Assembly (NCBI GenBank): GCA_000270325.1
Contig: BA000048.1
Location: 515,709 to 579,708 of the forward strand
Reading direction: 5' to 3'
DNA: 64,000 bases
DNA from: Candidatus Caldarchaeum subterraneum
GTDB taxonomy: Archaea > Thermoproteota > Nitrososphaeria_A > Caldarchaeales > Caldarchaeaceae
The notes beneath the pieces were generated by a model. The model was not told the origin of the DNA, did no database searches, and saw only the letters and a program-made list of their open reading frames with translations. Position numbers and translations under genes: made by a program. Positions 27,167 to 37,622 of the stretch are shown here, piece by piece; within the stretch, counting starts at the first letter, position 1, and every line of letters begins with the position of its first letter.

Positions 27167-27951
27167 GCAGCAATCCGCTGGAAAGGTTTCGAAAAGCCTT
27201 GGAGCAGAGAGGCTCGGTCATCTGCCTCGGCCTCGACCCCAACCCGGACCTACATCCCCAAACCACCGAGAAACTACGGTTCTGCCTCAACATGGTTGAC
27301 GCGGTGGAGCCCTACATCGCAGCCGTCAAAGTCAACGAAAACTTTGTCCGAGACTTTTCGCTCGCCGACCATAGAAGACTGACAGAGAAGATACGGGGTG
27401 TAGGCCTTGTCTCCATATATGACTGCAAGATGTGCGACATAGATAACACGGTCAAGGCAGGCATCAAGCTGGTCTCCGAGATGGGATACGACTTCATAAC
27501 CTTCAACCCCGTCATGGGAACACTATCAACAGCCGTGAAACACGGCTCCGCAAACAACGTCGGAATAATAGTGCTCCTGCATCCATCCAACCCCGAGTCC
27601 AGCAAATACTTTAGAGCAAAACTGGACGATGGTAGAAAAGTCTACGAAAAAATTCTCGACGAGTTTGTTGAAAACGATGCCGAAGGCGTTGTCGTCGGGC
27701 TTCATCCAGAGCTGAACGAGGCCGATGTAAGAGCTGTCAGAGAAGTCATAGGCGATGGGAAGATTGTTCTTTTCCCCGGTGTGGGAGCCCAAGGCGGAGA
27801 CCTCGCCACCGCCGTCAAAGCAGGCGGCTCAGCAATCCTCATCAACATCGGACGCTCCATAATCTACTCATCCAACCCCCGACAAGCCGTAATAAACATG
27901 TATAACCGCATACAGGAAATCAGACAAATACATGGGGAAAAACATTTTTAA
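27121..27951 (+). CDS. pyrF: Orotidine-5'-phosphate decarboxylase
   Basis: VICLGLDP and DCKMCDIDNTV (DxKxxDIxNT) motifs; start may be an internal codon because the ORF overlaps the preceding gene by 46 nt. Confidence 0.65.
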   Translation: MGAILPGLWGGEAFLSSNPLERFRKALEQRGSVICLGLDPNPDLHPQTTEKLRFCLNMVDAVEPYIAAVKVNENFVRDFSLADHRRLTEKIRGVGLVSIYDCKMCDIDNTVKAGIKLVSEMGYDFITFNPVMGTLSTAVKHGSANNVGIIVLLHPSNPESSKYFRAKLDDGRKVYEKILDEFVENDAEGVVVGLHPELNEADVRAVREVIGDGKIVLFPGVGAQGGDLATAVKAGGSAILINIGRSIIYSSNPRQAVINMYNRIQEIRQIHGEKHF

Positions 27952-27978
27952 CCAATAAACATCACTGATTGACGTGGA

Positions 27979-29556
27979 ATGACCGAGAAAAAAATAACCT
28001 ATGTATCTCTTTTTGCCGACGAGTCTCTTCACCCCGCTTATGAAAAGGCCCTTAAAACGGTTGAGCAAAATTATCTCGGAAAACACTATCCCATGCTGAT
28101 AGGCGGCCGCGAGGTTTTCTCGGAGAAGGGAGAGTTCGAGACACGAAGCCCGATAGACACCTCTGTTGTCGTAGGCTATTTCCAGAAAGGCGATGCGGGG
28201 CATATGCGGCAGGCCATCGCAGAGGCCAAGAAACGGTTCAGGGAATGGGCTGACACTGATTGGCGTGAAAGAGTGCGTGTGATGCGTAGGGCCGCGCAAC
28301 TGATTGACGAGAGAAAATTTGAGATAGCCGCTGTAATCACCTACGAGGCCGGCAAAAACAGGCTGGAGGCGTTGGCCGAGGCTTGGGAGGCTATCGACGC
28401 GCTCAAGTATTATGCGCAGGTGATGGAGAAGAACAACGGCTATGAGATGGAGATGGGGCCCGGCGGCCCCGGCGAACAGTGTAGAATGGTTGCGAGACCC
28501 TACGGTGTCTGGGTCGTCATCTCACCCTTCAACTTCCCCTTCATGCTCGCCAACGGCATGATGCTCGGCGCCCTGATAACAGGCAACACAGTGGTCTTCA
28601 AGCCAACCAGCGAAACACCCTTGTCCGGGCTAATGCTCTACCGAGTGTTTGTGGACGCTGGAGTGCCTCCCGGCGCAATCAACTACGTCACGGGCCCCGG
28701 CTCCGCCTTCGAGGATGAGATAGTGTCCAACCCGGATGTCGCGGGAATAGCTTTCACAGGCTCAAAAGACGTGGGTATGAGGCTTTACCGCCGATTCACA
28801 TCCTCCCAGCCCTACCCCAAGCCGATTCTGCTCGAGATGGGCAGCAAGAACCCGACGATAGTGACGAAGAACGCGGACATCGGGAAGGCCGTGCTCGGCG
28901 TCGTGCGAGCCGCATTCGGCTACGGCGGCCAGAAATGCTCCGCAACATCACGCGTCTATGTCCAGCGAGAGGTGAAGAACAGGTTCCTCGACGAATTGGT
29001 GAAGGAAACCAGCCGCATCAAAATCGGCGACCCGCGGCTGCGAGAAGTGTTCCTCGGCCCCGTCATAAACAAAAGAGCCGTAGAAAACTTCCGGAGCTAC
29101 ATAGACACGGCGAGGCGCGACGGCGGTGAGATTGTCTACGGCGGCGAAGTGCTGGGCGGCGGCTTGTTCGACAAAGGCTATTACGTCCAGCCCACCATCA
29201 TAGACAAGCTTCCCCGCAGCCACCCCCTGTTCAAGCAAGAGCTCTTCCTCCCCATACTCCTCGTAGCCGAGTTCGACACCCTCGAAGAAGCTTTGAGAGA
29301 AGCCAACAACACCGAATACGGCCTAACCGCTGGCATCTTCTCCGAAGACCCACGCGAAGTCGAATACTTCTTCAACAACATAGAGTTCGGCGTAACCTAC
29401 GCCAACAGAAAAGGCGGAGCAACAACAGGAGCATGGCCGGGGGCGCAGACATTCGTCGGCTGGAAAGCAAGCGGAGCAACCGGTAAAGGAGTCGGCGGCC
29501 CACACTATCTACTGACATTCCTCCGAGAACAAGCACGGACAAACGTAGTCGATTAG
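27979..29556 (+). CDS. Aldehyde dehydrogenase family protein
   Basis: EMGSKNP (catalytic Glu) and GQKCSATSR (catalytic Cys) motifs. Confidence 0.8.
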   Translation: MTEKKITYVSLFADESLHPAYEKALKTVEQNYLGKHYPMLIGGREVFSEKGEFETRSPIDTSVVVGYFQKGDAGHMRQAIAEAKKRFREWADTDWRERVRVMRRAAQLIDERKFEIAAVITYEAGKNRLEALAEAWEAIDALKYYAQVMEKNNGYEMEMGPGGPGEQCRMVARPYGVWVVISPFNFPFMLANGMMLGALITGNTVVFKPTSETPLSGLMLYRVFVDAGVPPGAINYVTGPGSAFEDEIVSNPDVAGIAFTGSKDVGMRLYRRFTSSQPYPKPILLEMGSKNPTIVTKNADIGKAVLGVVRAAFGYGGQKCSATSRVYVQREVKNRFLDELVKETSRIKIGDPRLREVFLGPVINKRAVENFRSYIDTARRDGGEIVYGGEVLGGGLFDKGYYVQPTIIDKLPRSHPLFKQELFLPILLVAEFDTLEEALREANNTEYGLTAGIFSEDPREVEYFFNNIEFGVTYANRKGGATTGAWPGAQTFVGWKASGATGKGVGGPHYLLTFLREQARTNVVD

Positions 29557-29619
29557 ATGATGGTTCTTCGCTCACCCGCGGCGAACACTAGTGGATGAGC
29601 TGGTGGTGGTTTACAGTCT

Positions 29620-30621
29620 ATGGAAAAGTGGCTGGGAATTGGTTTAGGCTATGACCCCTCGATGACCGTCCGAGAAATGACCCTCTACGCGAAGAAGGCT
29701 GAGCAGCTTGGATTTGATATGGTTTTCTTTTCCGAGACGCTGCAGACTTTTCGCGACGCGGTGACCACTCTCACATCCTTCGCTCTCACCGTGGAGAAAC
29801 CTCTTCTCGGATGCACACAGGTGGTTAGACTCAGGTCACCGCTGGTGCTCGCTCAGACCTTCGCAACACTTGACGAACTCTCGGGCGGAAGAGTAGTCCT
29901 CTCACTGGGAGCGTGCACAAAACAGCACATGGCCAAGCACGGCCTCGAGTACGCAGACCCCGCTGAAACCCTCATCGAATACATCACCTTGTTCAAGAAG
30001 CTTTTGACGAATGAGAAAATCACTTATGAGAGCAAGCATTTTCGGCTCAGTGAGTCTGGCCTTGGTTTCAAACCGCTCCGAAGCAACATACCTGTATGGG
30101 TTGCTGCGACAAGCGCAAAAGGCCTCCGCATAGCTGGGGAATATGCTGACGGCGTCCTGCTAAACGCGACAACCTCTGTGGAATACTGTAGAAACGCCGT
30201 CAAAATTGTCCGCAAAGCAGCCGAGGAGAAAGGCAGAGACCCCGACGAGCTTCAGATAGCTGGCTTGATAGTCACGGCTGTTGACGCAGAGAAACCCGCT
30301 GTGGAGTATGTTAGGAGAGAAGTTGCGAGTAAGTTAAGCCCGTTGATGGTTGACTTCGCCATGAAGCCGCGTCTCAAAGTAGGCGAACCATACATCACAC
30401 CACAGCTAATAGAAAAGATGCTCGAAGCATATAACGCTGGAGGATTCGGGAAATTGATGTCCGAGATACCTGTGGAAGTTTTGAAGGGTTTGACCGCCGT
30501 CGGCACAGCTGAGGAGGTTCGCCGGAAAATCGACCAGTACCGCGAGGCAGGCGTCAAATATCCCATAATTAGGCCCGCCGACAAAAGCATCATCGACATG
30601 GTTCTCAACGTTTTCAGGTAA
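29620..30621 (+). CDS. Luciferase-like (LLM-class) flavin/F420-dependent oxidoreductase
   Basis: TIM-barrel LLM-like sequence (GFDMVFFSE..., VVLSLGAC); family call from overall pattern. Confidence 0.55.
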   Translation: MEKWLGIGLGYDPSMTVREMTLYAKKAEQLGFDMVFFSETLQTFRDAVTTLTSFALTVEKPLLGCTQVVRLRSPLVLAQTFATLDELSGGRVVLSLGACTKQHMAKHGLEYADPAETLIEYITLFKKLLTNEKITYESKHFRLSESGLGFKPLRSNIPVWVAATSAKGLRIAGEYADGVLLNATTSVEYCRNAVKIVRKAAEEKGRDPDELQIAGLIVTAVDAEKPAVEYVRREVASKLSPLMVDFAMKPRLKVGEPYITPQLIEKMLEAYNAGGFGKLMSEIPVEVLKGLTAVGTAEEVRRKIDQYREAGVKYPIIRPADKSIIDMVLNVFR

Positions 30622-31902
30622 ATGCTTTTAACTTGGAGTGGGAGGAAAAGTCTCGTGAACATAAAAGCGGTATCAACAACTCTGGTTGTGGCGGTGCTGG
30701 TCATCGCCGTCGTAGCGGGGGTAGGTGTTTACTTAGCTATCCAGCAGCTTTCCGCCCCAACAGTCGCCGAGAAACCACTCGTCATAGGCTTTTCCATATC
30801 CATCTCAGGAGACTTCGCAGTCCCCGGCCGCAAACAACTCGAAGGCATCGAGCTCTGGAAAGACTGGATAAACTCCAAAGGCGGCATATATGTCAAGGAT
30901 CAGAACAAATACTACAAAGTCGAGCTGAAGTATTATGACGATAAATCCAGCAAGGACGAGGTTATACGGCTGTATGAGAAGCTGATAAACGAGGACAAGG
31001 TTGACATCCTCTTGTCACCGTATTCAAGCACTCTCGCGTTAACGGCCGCGGGGATAACTGAGAAATATGGAAGGCTGATGGTTGTGGTGGGCGCAAACTC
31101 TGACACAATCTTCAAACAAGGATACAAGAACATAGTCGGAACCTACACACCTGCAAGCAAGATGCTGACACAGGCGATAGACATTCTTCTCGAGAAGGTG
31201 CAGAATCCGTCGGTCGCCATCATCTTCAAAGATGACGCGTTCGCGAAATCCGTTGCAGAAGGCGCTAAAGCTTACGCGGAGCAGAAAGGAGTCAATGTTG
31301 TGGCTTTCGAGATGTATCCACGCGACGCAAAAGACCTTTCACCCATTCTCACCAAGATTAAGGGCTTGAACGTTGACGCTATCCTAGGAGGAGGCCATTA
31401 CGAGGACGAGGTTCTTCTCGTCAGGCAGGCGAAGGAGCTGGGCATAAACGTGAAGCTGATGAGCCTACTCGTAAGCCCGTCGCTTCCAGCGTTTTATGAC
31501 GCCCTCAAAGAAACATCCGAAGGTATTCTCGCGCCCTCGCACTGGGAGCCTCAGACAAAACCCAAGATAACCTACGGCCCAACAATCGACGAGTTCATGA
31601 CACAGTTTAGACAGAAATGGAACAGCGAGCCATCCTATCACTCGGCAGCAGCTTTCGCCGCAGGCCTCTACATCACAGCAGCCATAGAGAAAGCAGGGAC
31701 TCTCGACAACGCAAAACTCAGAGCAGCGTTCAACGATTTAGATATAACCACTTTCTACGGCCGGTTGAAGATAGACCCTGCTACAGGTAACCAAGTGGGG
31801 CATGAACTTGTCCTTCTACAGTGGCAAGGCGGAAAGAAACAGGTCGTCTGGCCCCGCGAAGTCGCTACAGCTCAACTGATTTTCCCGAAGCCGTCTTGGT
31901 AA
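30622..31902 (+). CDS. ABC transporter substrate-binding protein (branched-chain amino acid / LivJ-like) with N-terminal membrane anchor
   Basis: N-terminal TM segment then periplasmic-binding-protein-like sequence; followed by two permeases. Confidence 0.65.
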   Translation: MLLTWSGRKSLVNIKAVSTTLVVAVLVIAVVAGVGVYLAIQQLSAPTVAEKPLVIGFSISISGDFAVPGRKQLEGIELWKDWINSKGGIYVKDQNKYYKVELKYYDDKSSKDEVIRLYEKLINEDKVDILLSPYSSTLALTAAGITEKYGRLMVVVGANSDTIFKQGYKNIVGTYTPASKMLTQAIDILLEKVQNPSVAIIFKDDAFAKSVAEGAKAYAEQKGVNVVAFEMYPRDAKDLSPILTKIKGLNVDAILGGGHYEDEVLLVRQAKELGINVKLMSLLVSPSLPAFYDALKETSEGILAPSHWEPQTKPKITYGPTIDEFMTQFRQKWNSEPSYHSAAAFAAGLYITAAIEKAGTLDNAKLRAAFNDLDITTFYGRLKIDPATGNQVGHELVLLQWQGGKKQVVWPREVATAQLIFPKPSW

Positions 31903-32757
31903 ATGTTCAACCCCGAAATTTTTTTTCAAGCTCTTGTTAACGGCCTCCTGATGGGGGCGGTCTACGGAATAGCAGCCGTGGGTCTCTCGCTCATATGGGG
32001 GGTTCTAGGAGTAGTCAACCTAGCCCACGGCTCCTTCATCATACTCGCCGCATACATAGCGTATGTCTTCTTCTCCGCCGCTGGTGCTCCGCCACTTCTC
32101 ACAGCACCCATAGCGGTGGCCATGGGCTTTGCCGTGGGATATCTTCTCTACAAAGGCGTCGGAAGAAAAGTGGTCACACTAGACCCATCCACCTCACTCC
32201 TCTTCTTCTTCGGCCTCTCGCTCCTGATCAGCAACTCCATCCTCAACATATGGGGCCCCGACGTAAGGGGAATCCCATGGCTCATCCAAAGCCTTGAATT
32301 AGGGGGAACAAGGATACCCATAGCACGGCTCATAGCCCTCGTCTCAACAATAATCTCCTTCATGCTCCTATACATGCTGCTTCAACACACATACTATGGC
32401 AAAGCCATCAGAGCAGTCGTCGCCAACCGCGTTGGAGCCGCTTCAGTTGGAATAGATGTTGACAACGTCTTCGCCATAAGCATGGGAATAGCACTTGGCG
32501 TCACCTTCTTCTCAGGCACCATGATATCACTGGTCAACCCGTTCACACCGTCCTCCGGCGACGGCTACCTCATGTACTCCTTCGCCTCAGTGGTCCTCGG
32601 CGGAGTCGGGAACATCATAGGAACACTTTTGGCAGGCATATTCATGGGCCTTGTCGAAAGCCTCGTCGGCGTATACTTCAGCCAGAGCATAAGCCCAGCG
32701 GTGGCTTTCATAATACTCGTCATAGTCATCATGGTGCGTTACCGTGGAGGCAGGTAG
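31903..32757 (+). CDS. livH: Branched-chain amino acid ABC transporter permease (LivH-like)
   Basis: Polytopic membrane protein, typical LivH size and position. Confidence 0.7.
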   Translation: MFNPEIFFQALVNGLLMGAVYGIAAVGLSLIWGVLGVVNLAHGSFIILAAYIAYVFFSAAGAPPLLTAPIAVAMGFAVGYLLYKGVGRKVVTLDPSTSLLFFFGLSLLISNSILNIWGPDVRGIPWLIQSLELGGTRIPIARLIALVSTIISFMLLYMLLQHTYYGKAIRAVVANRVGAASVGIDVDNVFAISMGIALGVTFFSGTMISLVNPFTPSSGDGYLMYSFASVVLGGVGNIIGTLLAGIFMGLVESLVGVYFSQSISPAVAFIILVIVIMVRYRGGR

Positions 32758-33691
32758 ACAGCGTCTCAAAATCGGCCTCATACTCTACATACTGCTGCTT
32801 AGCATCGCCTCTTTGCCGCCGCTGACTGGGAACACCGCGTTAATCGCCTACTTCTGGAGCTTCCTACAGATGCTTGCGCTTGTTATGAGCCTAAACTTTA
32901 TCACAGGCTTCACTGGATATGTCAACTTCGGCCACATCGCCTACTATGGAGTAGGCGCCTACACCGTCGCCTACCTCACCACAACAACCCGTGTAGACCC
33001 CTATGTCTTCGTCCCCGCCGCAGCCATCACATCAGCGGCAGTCGCCTATCTAATCGGCCGCCCAATCCTCAGAATACGGGGTCCATACTTCGCCATAACC
33101 ACCCTCGGCCTCGGAGAAGCGGTGCGGGTAATAATAGTGAATATCCCTGCGTTCAACTACAGCGAGGGGCTGCCCATAGCCGCCTACTTCACCTACAACG
33201 TAACCGGCTCATACATAGCCATGTACACCACCGTCGCCACACTCTTCATACTCACCCTCTACCTGAGGAGAACAAGGTTCGGATACATGCTCGAGTCCAT
33301 AAGAGAGGATGAGGATGCGGCCGAATCCATGGGAATCAACACCGCCAAAGCCAAGCTCGCCGCATATGTTCTAAGCTCTGCCTGCGCTGGAGTAATCGGA
33401 GGACTAACCGCGATAACACATGTATACGCGCATCCCGGCTTCTTCTCCATCACACTCAACGTCTCGGTGCTGGCTTCTCTCCTGATGGGGGGCGGAGGCA
33501 CGTTGCTGGGACCGCTCGTGGGAGCCGGCTTATTCTTCTTCATTTCAGATGCTCTGCTCATCCGTTTCCCATATCTCCACCTCGTCATATTCGGTGCAGT
33601 GGTTATGACGGTTACGCTTGCTATGCCGCGGGGGCTAAGCCACCTAATCTACAGATATCCAAAAATCTCGAGAAAAATAGCCGACGCATAG
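32744..33691 (+). CDS. livM: Branched-chain amino acid ABC transporter permease (LivM-like)
   Basis: Polytopic membrane protein, overlaps upstream permease gene. Confidence 0.7.
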   Translation: MEAGRQRLKIGLILYILLLSIASLPPLTGNTALIAYFWSFLQMLALVMSLNFITGFTGYVNFGHIAYYGVGAYTVAYLTTTTRVDPYVFVPAAAITSAAVAYLIGRPILRIRGPYFAITTLGLGEAVRVIIVNIPAFNYSEGLPIAAYFTYNVTGSYIAMYTTVATLFILTLYLRRTRFGYMLESIREDEDAAESMGINTAKAKLAAYVLSSACAGVIGGLTAITHVYAHPGFFSITLNVSVLASLLMGGGGTLLGPLVGAGLFFFISDALLIRFPYLHLVIFGAVVMTVTLAMPRGLSHLIYRYPKISRKIADA

Positions 33692-34387
33692 CTACTCGAA
33701 AAGAAACTCACCGCGTCTAATGTAGTCAACCGAGCCCTCAGCCTTTATTTTCCCCAGCTCCACGTAATAGACATAGTCGGCAATCTCCAGCACTTGGTCA
33801 ACATACTGGTCAACAATCAAAATACCTATGTCTTTTCCCGTGAGTTTGCGGAGCTCCTCATACACCATGTCAGCCATCGCAGGCGAAAGACCTACCGTGG
33901 GCTCGTCTATCAAAAGGTAGCGCGGCTCATTCATCATCGCTTTAGCAAGCTCGAGAAACTTCTGCTCACCACCGCTCATCTTGCCTGCCTTGGTGTAAAG
34001 CCTCTCCCTTAGACGTGGAAACTGGTTCAAAACAGCTTCAACCCTCTCAGTCACAAGCGCCTTGTTACCCCTAAAGAGCCAAGCAGCCAGCTCCAAGTTC
34101 TCCTTCACAGTCATCGAGCCGAAGATACCGCTCTCCTGCGGAATATAGAAAACACCCATCCTAATTCTTTCATGAGGCGCCGTCGAGGTAATCTTTCTAC
34201 CATCGAGCAGTATCTCCCCGCTTTTGGGTTTCAGAAAACCGAAGAGTGTTTTGAGAAGGGTGCTTTTACCAGCTCCATTTGGGCCGATGACCGCGTAAAC
34301 CTTCCCCTGCTCAACTTGGACACTTACGCCGTCGAGGACAAGTATGTCGCCGATGTATGCGACGGAGAGGTTCTCAGCCCGCAGCAT
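33692..34387 (-). CDS. livF: ABC transporter ATP-binding protein (LivF-like)
   Basis: Walker A GPNGAGKST, signature MSGGEQK, Walker B LLIDEP. Confidence 0.8.
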   Translation of the reverse strand: MLRAENLSVAYIGDILVLDGVSVQVEQGKVYAVIGPNGAGKSTLLKTLFGFLKPKSGEILLDGRKITSTAPHERIRMGVFYIPQESGIFGSMTVKENLELAAWLFRGNKALVTERVEAVLNQFPRLRERLYTKAGKMSGGEQKFLELAKAMMNEPRYLLIDEPTVGLSPAMADMVYEELRKLTGKDIGILIVDQYVDQVLEIADYVYYVELGKIKAEGSVDYIRRGEFLFE

Positions 34388-35132
34388 GCCTCTTCACCCC
34401 AAGATAAAGCCTGACCACTTCCTCATTTCTCAGAACCTCATCAGGCGAACCCTCCAAAAGCTTCGACCCCGCCGCCATAAATACAACCCTTTTACAAAGC
34501 CTCCGAATCTCAGCCATGTCATGGCTCACAACCAAAATCGACAGCCCCTGCGTATTCACCCTCTTCAACGCATCGATGAGTATGCTTTTCAGGACAGGGT
34601 TCACGCCCGCGAAAGGTTCGTCGAGAAGAAGCAGCCGTGGCTTAAGCATCATGGCGCGGGCGAACTCGAGAAGCTTTCTCTCGCCACCGCTCAACTGCGA
34701 GCCCAGCAAATCAGCCTTCACATCCAGCTTCACGAGACGAAGACTATCATACGCAGCTTTGCGCAGCTCCTCCACCGACATTTTCAACCACGAGGCTGAC
34801 GCCACCAAGTTGTCTAAAGCAGTCAGGTTACCGAAAACCCTGGGAATCTGGTAAGTCTTGACTATGCCGGCTCGCGCCAGCTCATACACGTTCTTCTCCA
34901 AAATGTTCTCTCCATAGTAATACACTTTTCCAGAATCCGGCCTAATCAGCCCGCATACCACGTTTATGAAAGTGGTTTTACCTGCTCCGTTGGGGCCTAT
35001 CAGCCCGAGAACCTCGCCCTCATACATTTCAAGCGAAAGACCATCCAAAGCCCTTAACTCATCATATCTCTTAACCACCTCAACAGCCCTCAGCACAGCC
35101 TTCGAGCCAGAAACATCAGGCCCCATCGCCAA
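34374..35132 (-). CDS. livG: ABC transporter ATP-binding protein (LivG-like)
   Basis: Walker A GPNGAGKTT, signature LSGGERK, Walker B LLLDEP. Confidence 0.8.
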   Translation of the reverse strand: MAMGPDVSGSKAVLRAVEVVKRYDELRALDGLSLEMYEGEVLGLIGPNGAGKTTFINVVCGLIRPDSGKVYYYGENILEKNVYELARAGIVKTYQIPRVFGNLTALDNLVASASWLKMSVEELRKAAYDSLRLVKLDVKADLLGSQLSGGERKLLEFARAMMLKPRLLLLDEPFAGVNPVLKSILIDALKRVNTQGLSILVVSHDMAEIRRLCKRVVFMAAGSKLLEGSPDEVLRNEEVVRLYLGVKRHAAG

Positions 35133-35276
35133 CCATCAACACCATACAAAATATAAACATGAAAAGCAAACACGGCCGCCGCTGACACGTGCCCACAAAA
35201 ACAAGACAAATTTCGCGCCAATCAGGCTTGTGACCCAGTAGCCTTTTTACATGCCTTTGACCTGTCTCTATGCGGG

Positions 35277-35663
35277 TTGTCGGCAGATGATGCTGAGCTA
35301 ATGAAGGCGCGGGCAATAGCTTTTCTACGCAACGCTGATAGGCTGATGGAGGAACATGAATGGGACTTGGCGATGTTCAACTTAGAACAATATTGTCAAC
35401 TTATGCTGAAGTATAAGCTGCTAGTTCAGCGTGGAATCTATCCCAAGACACATTCTCTTAGAACGCTCATCCGCATTCTCGGCGAAAACAACCCTGGGCT
35501 ACTCACTATGGTTGAGGATAGCTCAAAGCTTCACTATGTCGCGAGGCTTGAGGAAGCCTACATCGTCTCACGGTATATGCCTTACAGGTTTGAGGAGAAG
35601 GAGGTCAGGGATGTTTACCGGTTTGTGGTAGAGGTGTTTAAGCCGTTTGTCGAGAAGCTATGA
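35277..35663 (+). CDS. HEPN-domain protein (second HEPN/MNT module)
   Basis: THSLRTL and YIVSRYMP motifs, paralogous to 2534..2926. Confidence 0.65.
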   Translation: MSADDAELMKARAIAFLRNADRLMEEHEWDLAMFNLEQYCQLMLKYKLLVQRGIYPKTHSLRTLIRILGENNPGLLTMVEDSSKLHYVARLEEAYIVSRYMPYRFEEKEVRDVYRFVVEVFKPFVEKL

Positions 35664-35967
35664 GGAGAGGCTGCTCGAGTACATGAGGCGCTATAGAGAG
35701 GTGGGCGCAGAGGTTAAACGTATCCTCAGGAAAATCGACCCAGACGTTAGAGTGTTTGTCTTCGGCTCGGTTGTCAGAGGCAGATACACGGCCGCGAGCG
35801 ACATAGACATCCTCGTGCTGACGGATGATTTGTCGAAAAAGTATGAGATGATGGTGGAGGTTTACAGAAGTGTTGAGGCTCCCGTGGAGCTTCACATCAC
35901 AACTCCCCAGAAATATCGGAGCTGGTATAGTAGGTTCATACCGTTGGACGAGCTTGTCGAAATTTAG
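35647..35967 (+). CDS. Minimal nucleotidyltransferase (MNT)
   Basis: VFGSVVRGRYTAASDIDILVL = GS...DxD motif; overlaps HEPN gene. Confidence 0.7.
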   Translation: MSRSYEERLLEYMRRYREVGAEVKRILRKIDPDVRVFVFGSVVRGRYTAASDIDILVLTDDLSKKYEMMVEVYRSVEAPVELHITTPQKYRSWYSRFIPLDELVEI

Positions 35968-36305
35968 TGGCAGCGGATGCTTGGGAAACATTTCCTCAGC
36001 TCCTCGAGTTCTTCCACTGATTTTCCCGTGAAAACAAGCTCGACTGTTCTTGATGTTTTTTGGCAGGGGATGGTCAGTGTTATTTTTGTCGCAGGTTTTC
36101 TCGGCAAGCCTCTCTTTACTTGATGTGTTTCGAGGGTGGCTGAGTGTCCGTTGACTTTTACAACCGCCACGTTTCCATGTCTCTGGCTCGTTTGTCGAAG
36201 GCCTTTCTTGACATGGACCTCGAGGTCTATGACTTCTCCGCTCACAAGGTTGACGACATAGTAGGATGATGAGCCGTCTAGAACCCATCCCACGCCGTCG
36301 ACCAC
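35964..36305 (-). CDS. Hypothetical small protein (113 aa)
   Basis: ORF only; convergent 4-nt overlap with the MNT gene; no recognisable motif. Confidence 0.3.
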   Translation of the reverse strand: MVDGVGWVLDGSSSYYVVNLVSGEVIDLEVHVKKGLRQTSQRHGNVAVVKVNGHSATLETHQVKRGLPRKPATKITLTIPCQKTSRTVELVFTGKSVEELEELRKCFPSIRCH

Positions 36306-37036
36306 CGTTGTATAGTTAACGTCGGAGGGCGCGTCCCCTATCTTAACGGCCCACCCCTCGAAAACATAGACAACGATGTAGCGAAAATCTCCCCATTCAC
36401 CGAGACAAAACCCCTATTCACAGACACCGAGTAAGCCCCTGTACACAGACCCTGTCCCCCCGGTTTCCTAAAACATTACCTAAACAAAAAAGTGTAAGGA
36501 TTTTCCGCAGTTATTCTATCCTTGGTGCTTGGTATAGTGTTATCTCCATTATCTCTTATCCTACATCGATAACAACATGGACTGCCTTTCTCAGGGTTTT
36601 TACTGAATAATAGCTTACGCTCATCTTAAGACCACCAAGGATGGCAGGATACGGAACCAATCCAGCTGTCTGTTGGTCAACAGAGCTACGAACCATAGGT
36701 ATTCCATGAGGTGCTTCCCAGTATTTTAGGCGCTTGTTCGTGTCGAGAAGGAAGACCAACCTCACGGCCTTAGAATCGCGAGGAGAATACATGAATCCCA
36801 CATGAGGTTAAATGAATGTGTTCCTTTTCACAGTATGTCCGCCATCTTGCCCTTCCTCCAAGTTTTACCATTACACCTCCTCTAACTCGATGCCCCCTAT
36901 CGCCAATACGAGCGTAGAGAGTATCAACTTCACCATAATGAGCTTCAGCATTCATATTCTAAGCTTTCTTATGGATGGCTTGGTTTTGTGAGGGAAGGTT
37001 TAATATGGAAGCCATTGTTAAGATTCTTGATAAAAT

Positions 37037-37237
37037 ATGGTGATTACCCACGAGGAGGCTAAGATTATAATGGATAAACTTGACAGCATCAGATTGGAGT
37101 TATTAAGGCTTAGGGCTTCCCTTCTCCCAGAAGAAGAGCTCAGCGAGGAGGAGATTAAAGAATTAGAAGAGGCAAAGAAAGAGGTAAGCCAGGGAATGTA
37201 TGTAAAGCTTGAAGAATTGCTGAAAGAATTTGATTAA
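37037..37237 (+). CDS. Putative antitoxin (RelB-like) of a RelBE-type pair
   Basis: 66-aa acidic helical protein directly preceding and abutting a RelE/ParE-like toxin gene. Confidence 0.5.
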   Translation: MVITHEEAKIIMDKLDSIRLELLRLRASLLPEEELSEEEIKELEEAKKEVSQGMYVKLEELLKEFD

Positions 37238-37500
37238 TGTTGTTTCAGGTCATAATATCCAATAGGGCTAGGAAATCGCTTAAAAGTCTAGTCAAGCAGC
37301 ATAGGCGGAGAGTCTTGGAGCTTCTCCTGATCCTAAGAGAAAATCCTGTCCCGACAGATTACTTCGATGTAAAGAAGCTAAAGGGATTAATATACACATA
37401 CAGAGTCAGAATAGGCGACATAAGAATCATTTATGAAGTCTCATGGAACGCAAAGACAATAAAAATCCTATTAATAGAATGGCGAGAACGAGCCTACTAA
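37237..37500 (+). CDS. RelE/ParE-family toxin
   Basis: 87 aa; RARKSLKSL..., YRVRIGDIRIIYEV..., IKILLIEWRERAY are the characteristic RelE/ParE pattern. Confidence 0.6.
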   Translation: MLFQVIISNRARKSLKSLVKQHRRRVLELLLILRENPVPTDYFDVKKLKGLIYTYRVRIGDIRIIYEVSWNAKTIKILLIEWRERAY

Positions 37501-37524
37501 ACTACAGCCAGTAGCTCAGCACAA

Positions 37525-37597
37525 TAGCCCCGGTGGGATTTGAACCCACGTCGCGGGCTCCAAAGGCCCGCATCCTTGGCCGCTAGACGACGGGGCT
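37525..37597 (-). tRNA. tRNA-Gln (anticodon UUG), no intron
   Basis: Acceptor AGCCCCG/CGGGGCT, anticodon stem CGGGC/GCCCG with loop CUUUGGA, T-arm GTGGG-TTCAAAT-CCCAC, discriminator A. Confidence 0.75.
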
Positions 37598-37622
37598 GTT
37601 GTATGTTTTGTTGCTTTGTTTT

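Noticed and set aside
35638-36288. 216-aa minus-strand ORF overlapping the second MNT gene
   Set aside because: Largely antisense to the MNT gene and overlapping the 113-aa ORF in another frame; Arg/Pro/Ser-rich translation without motifs.
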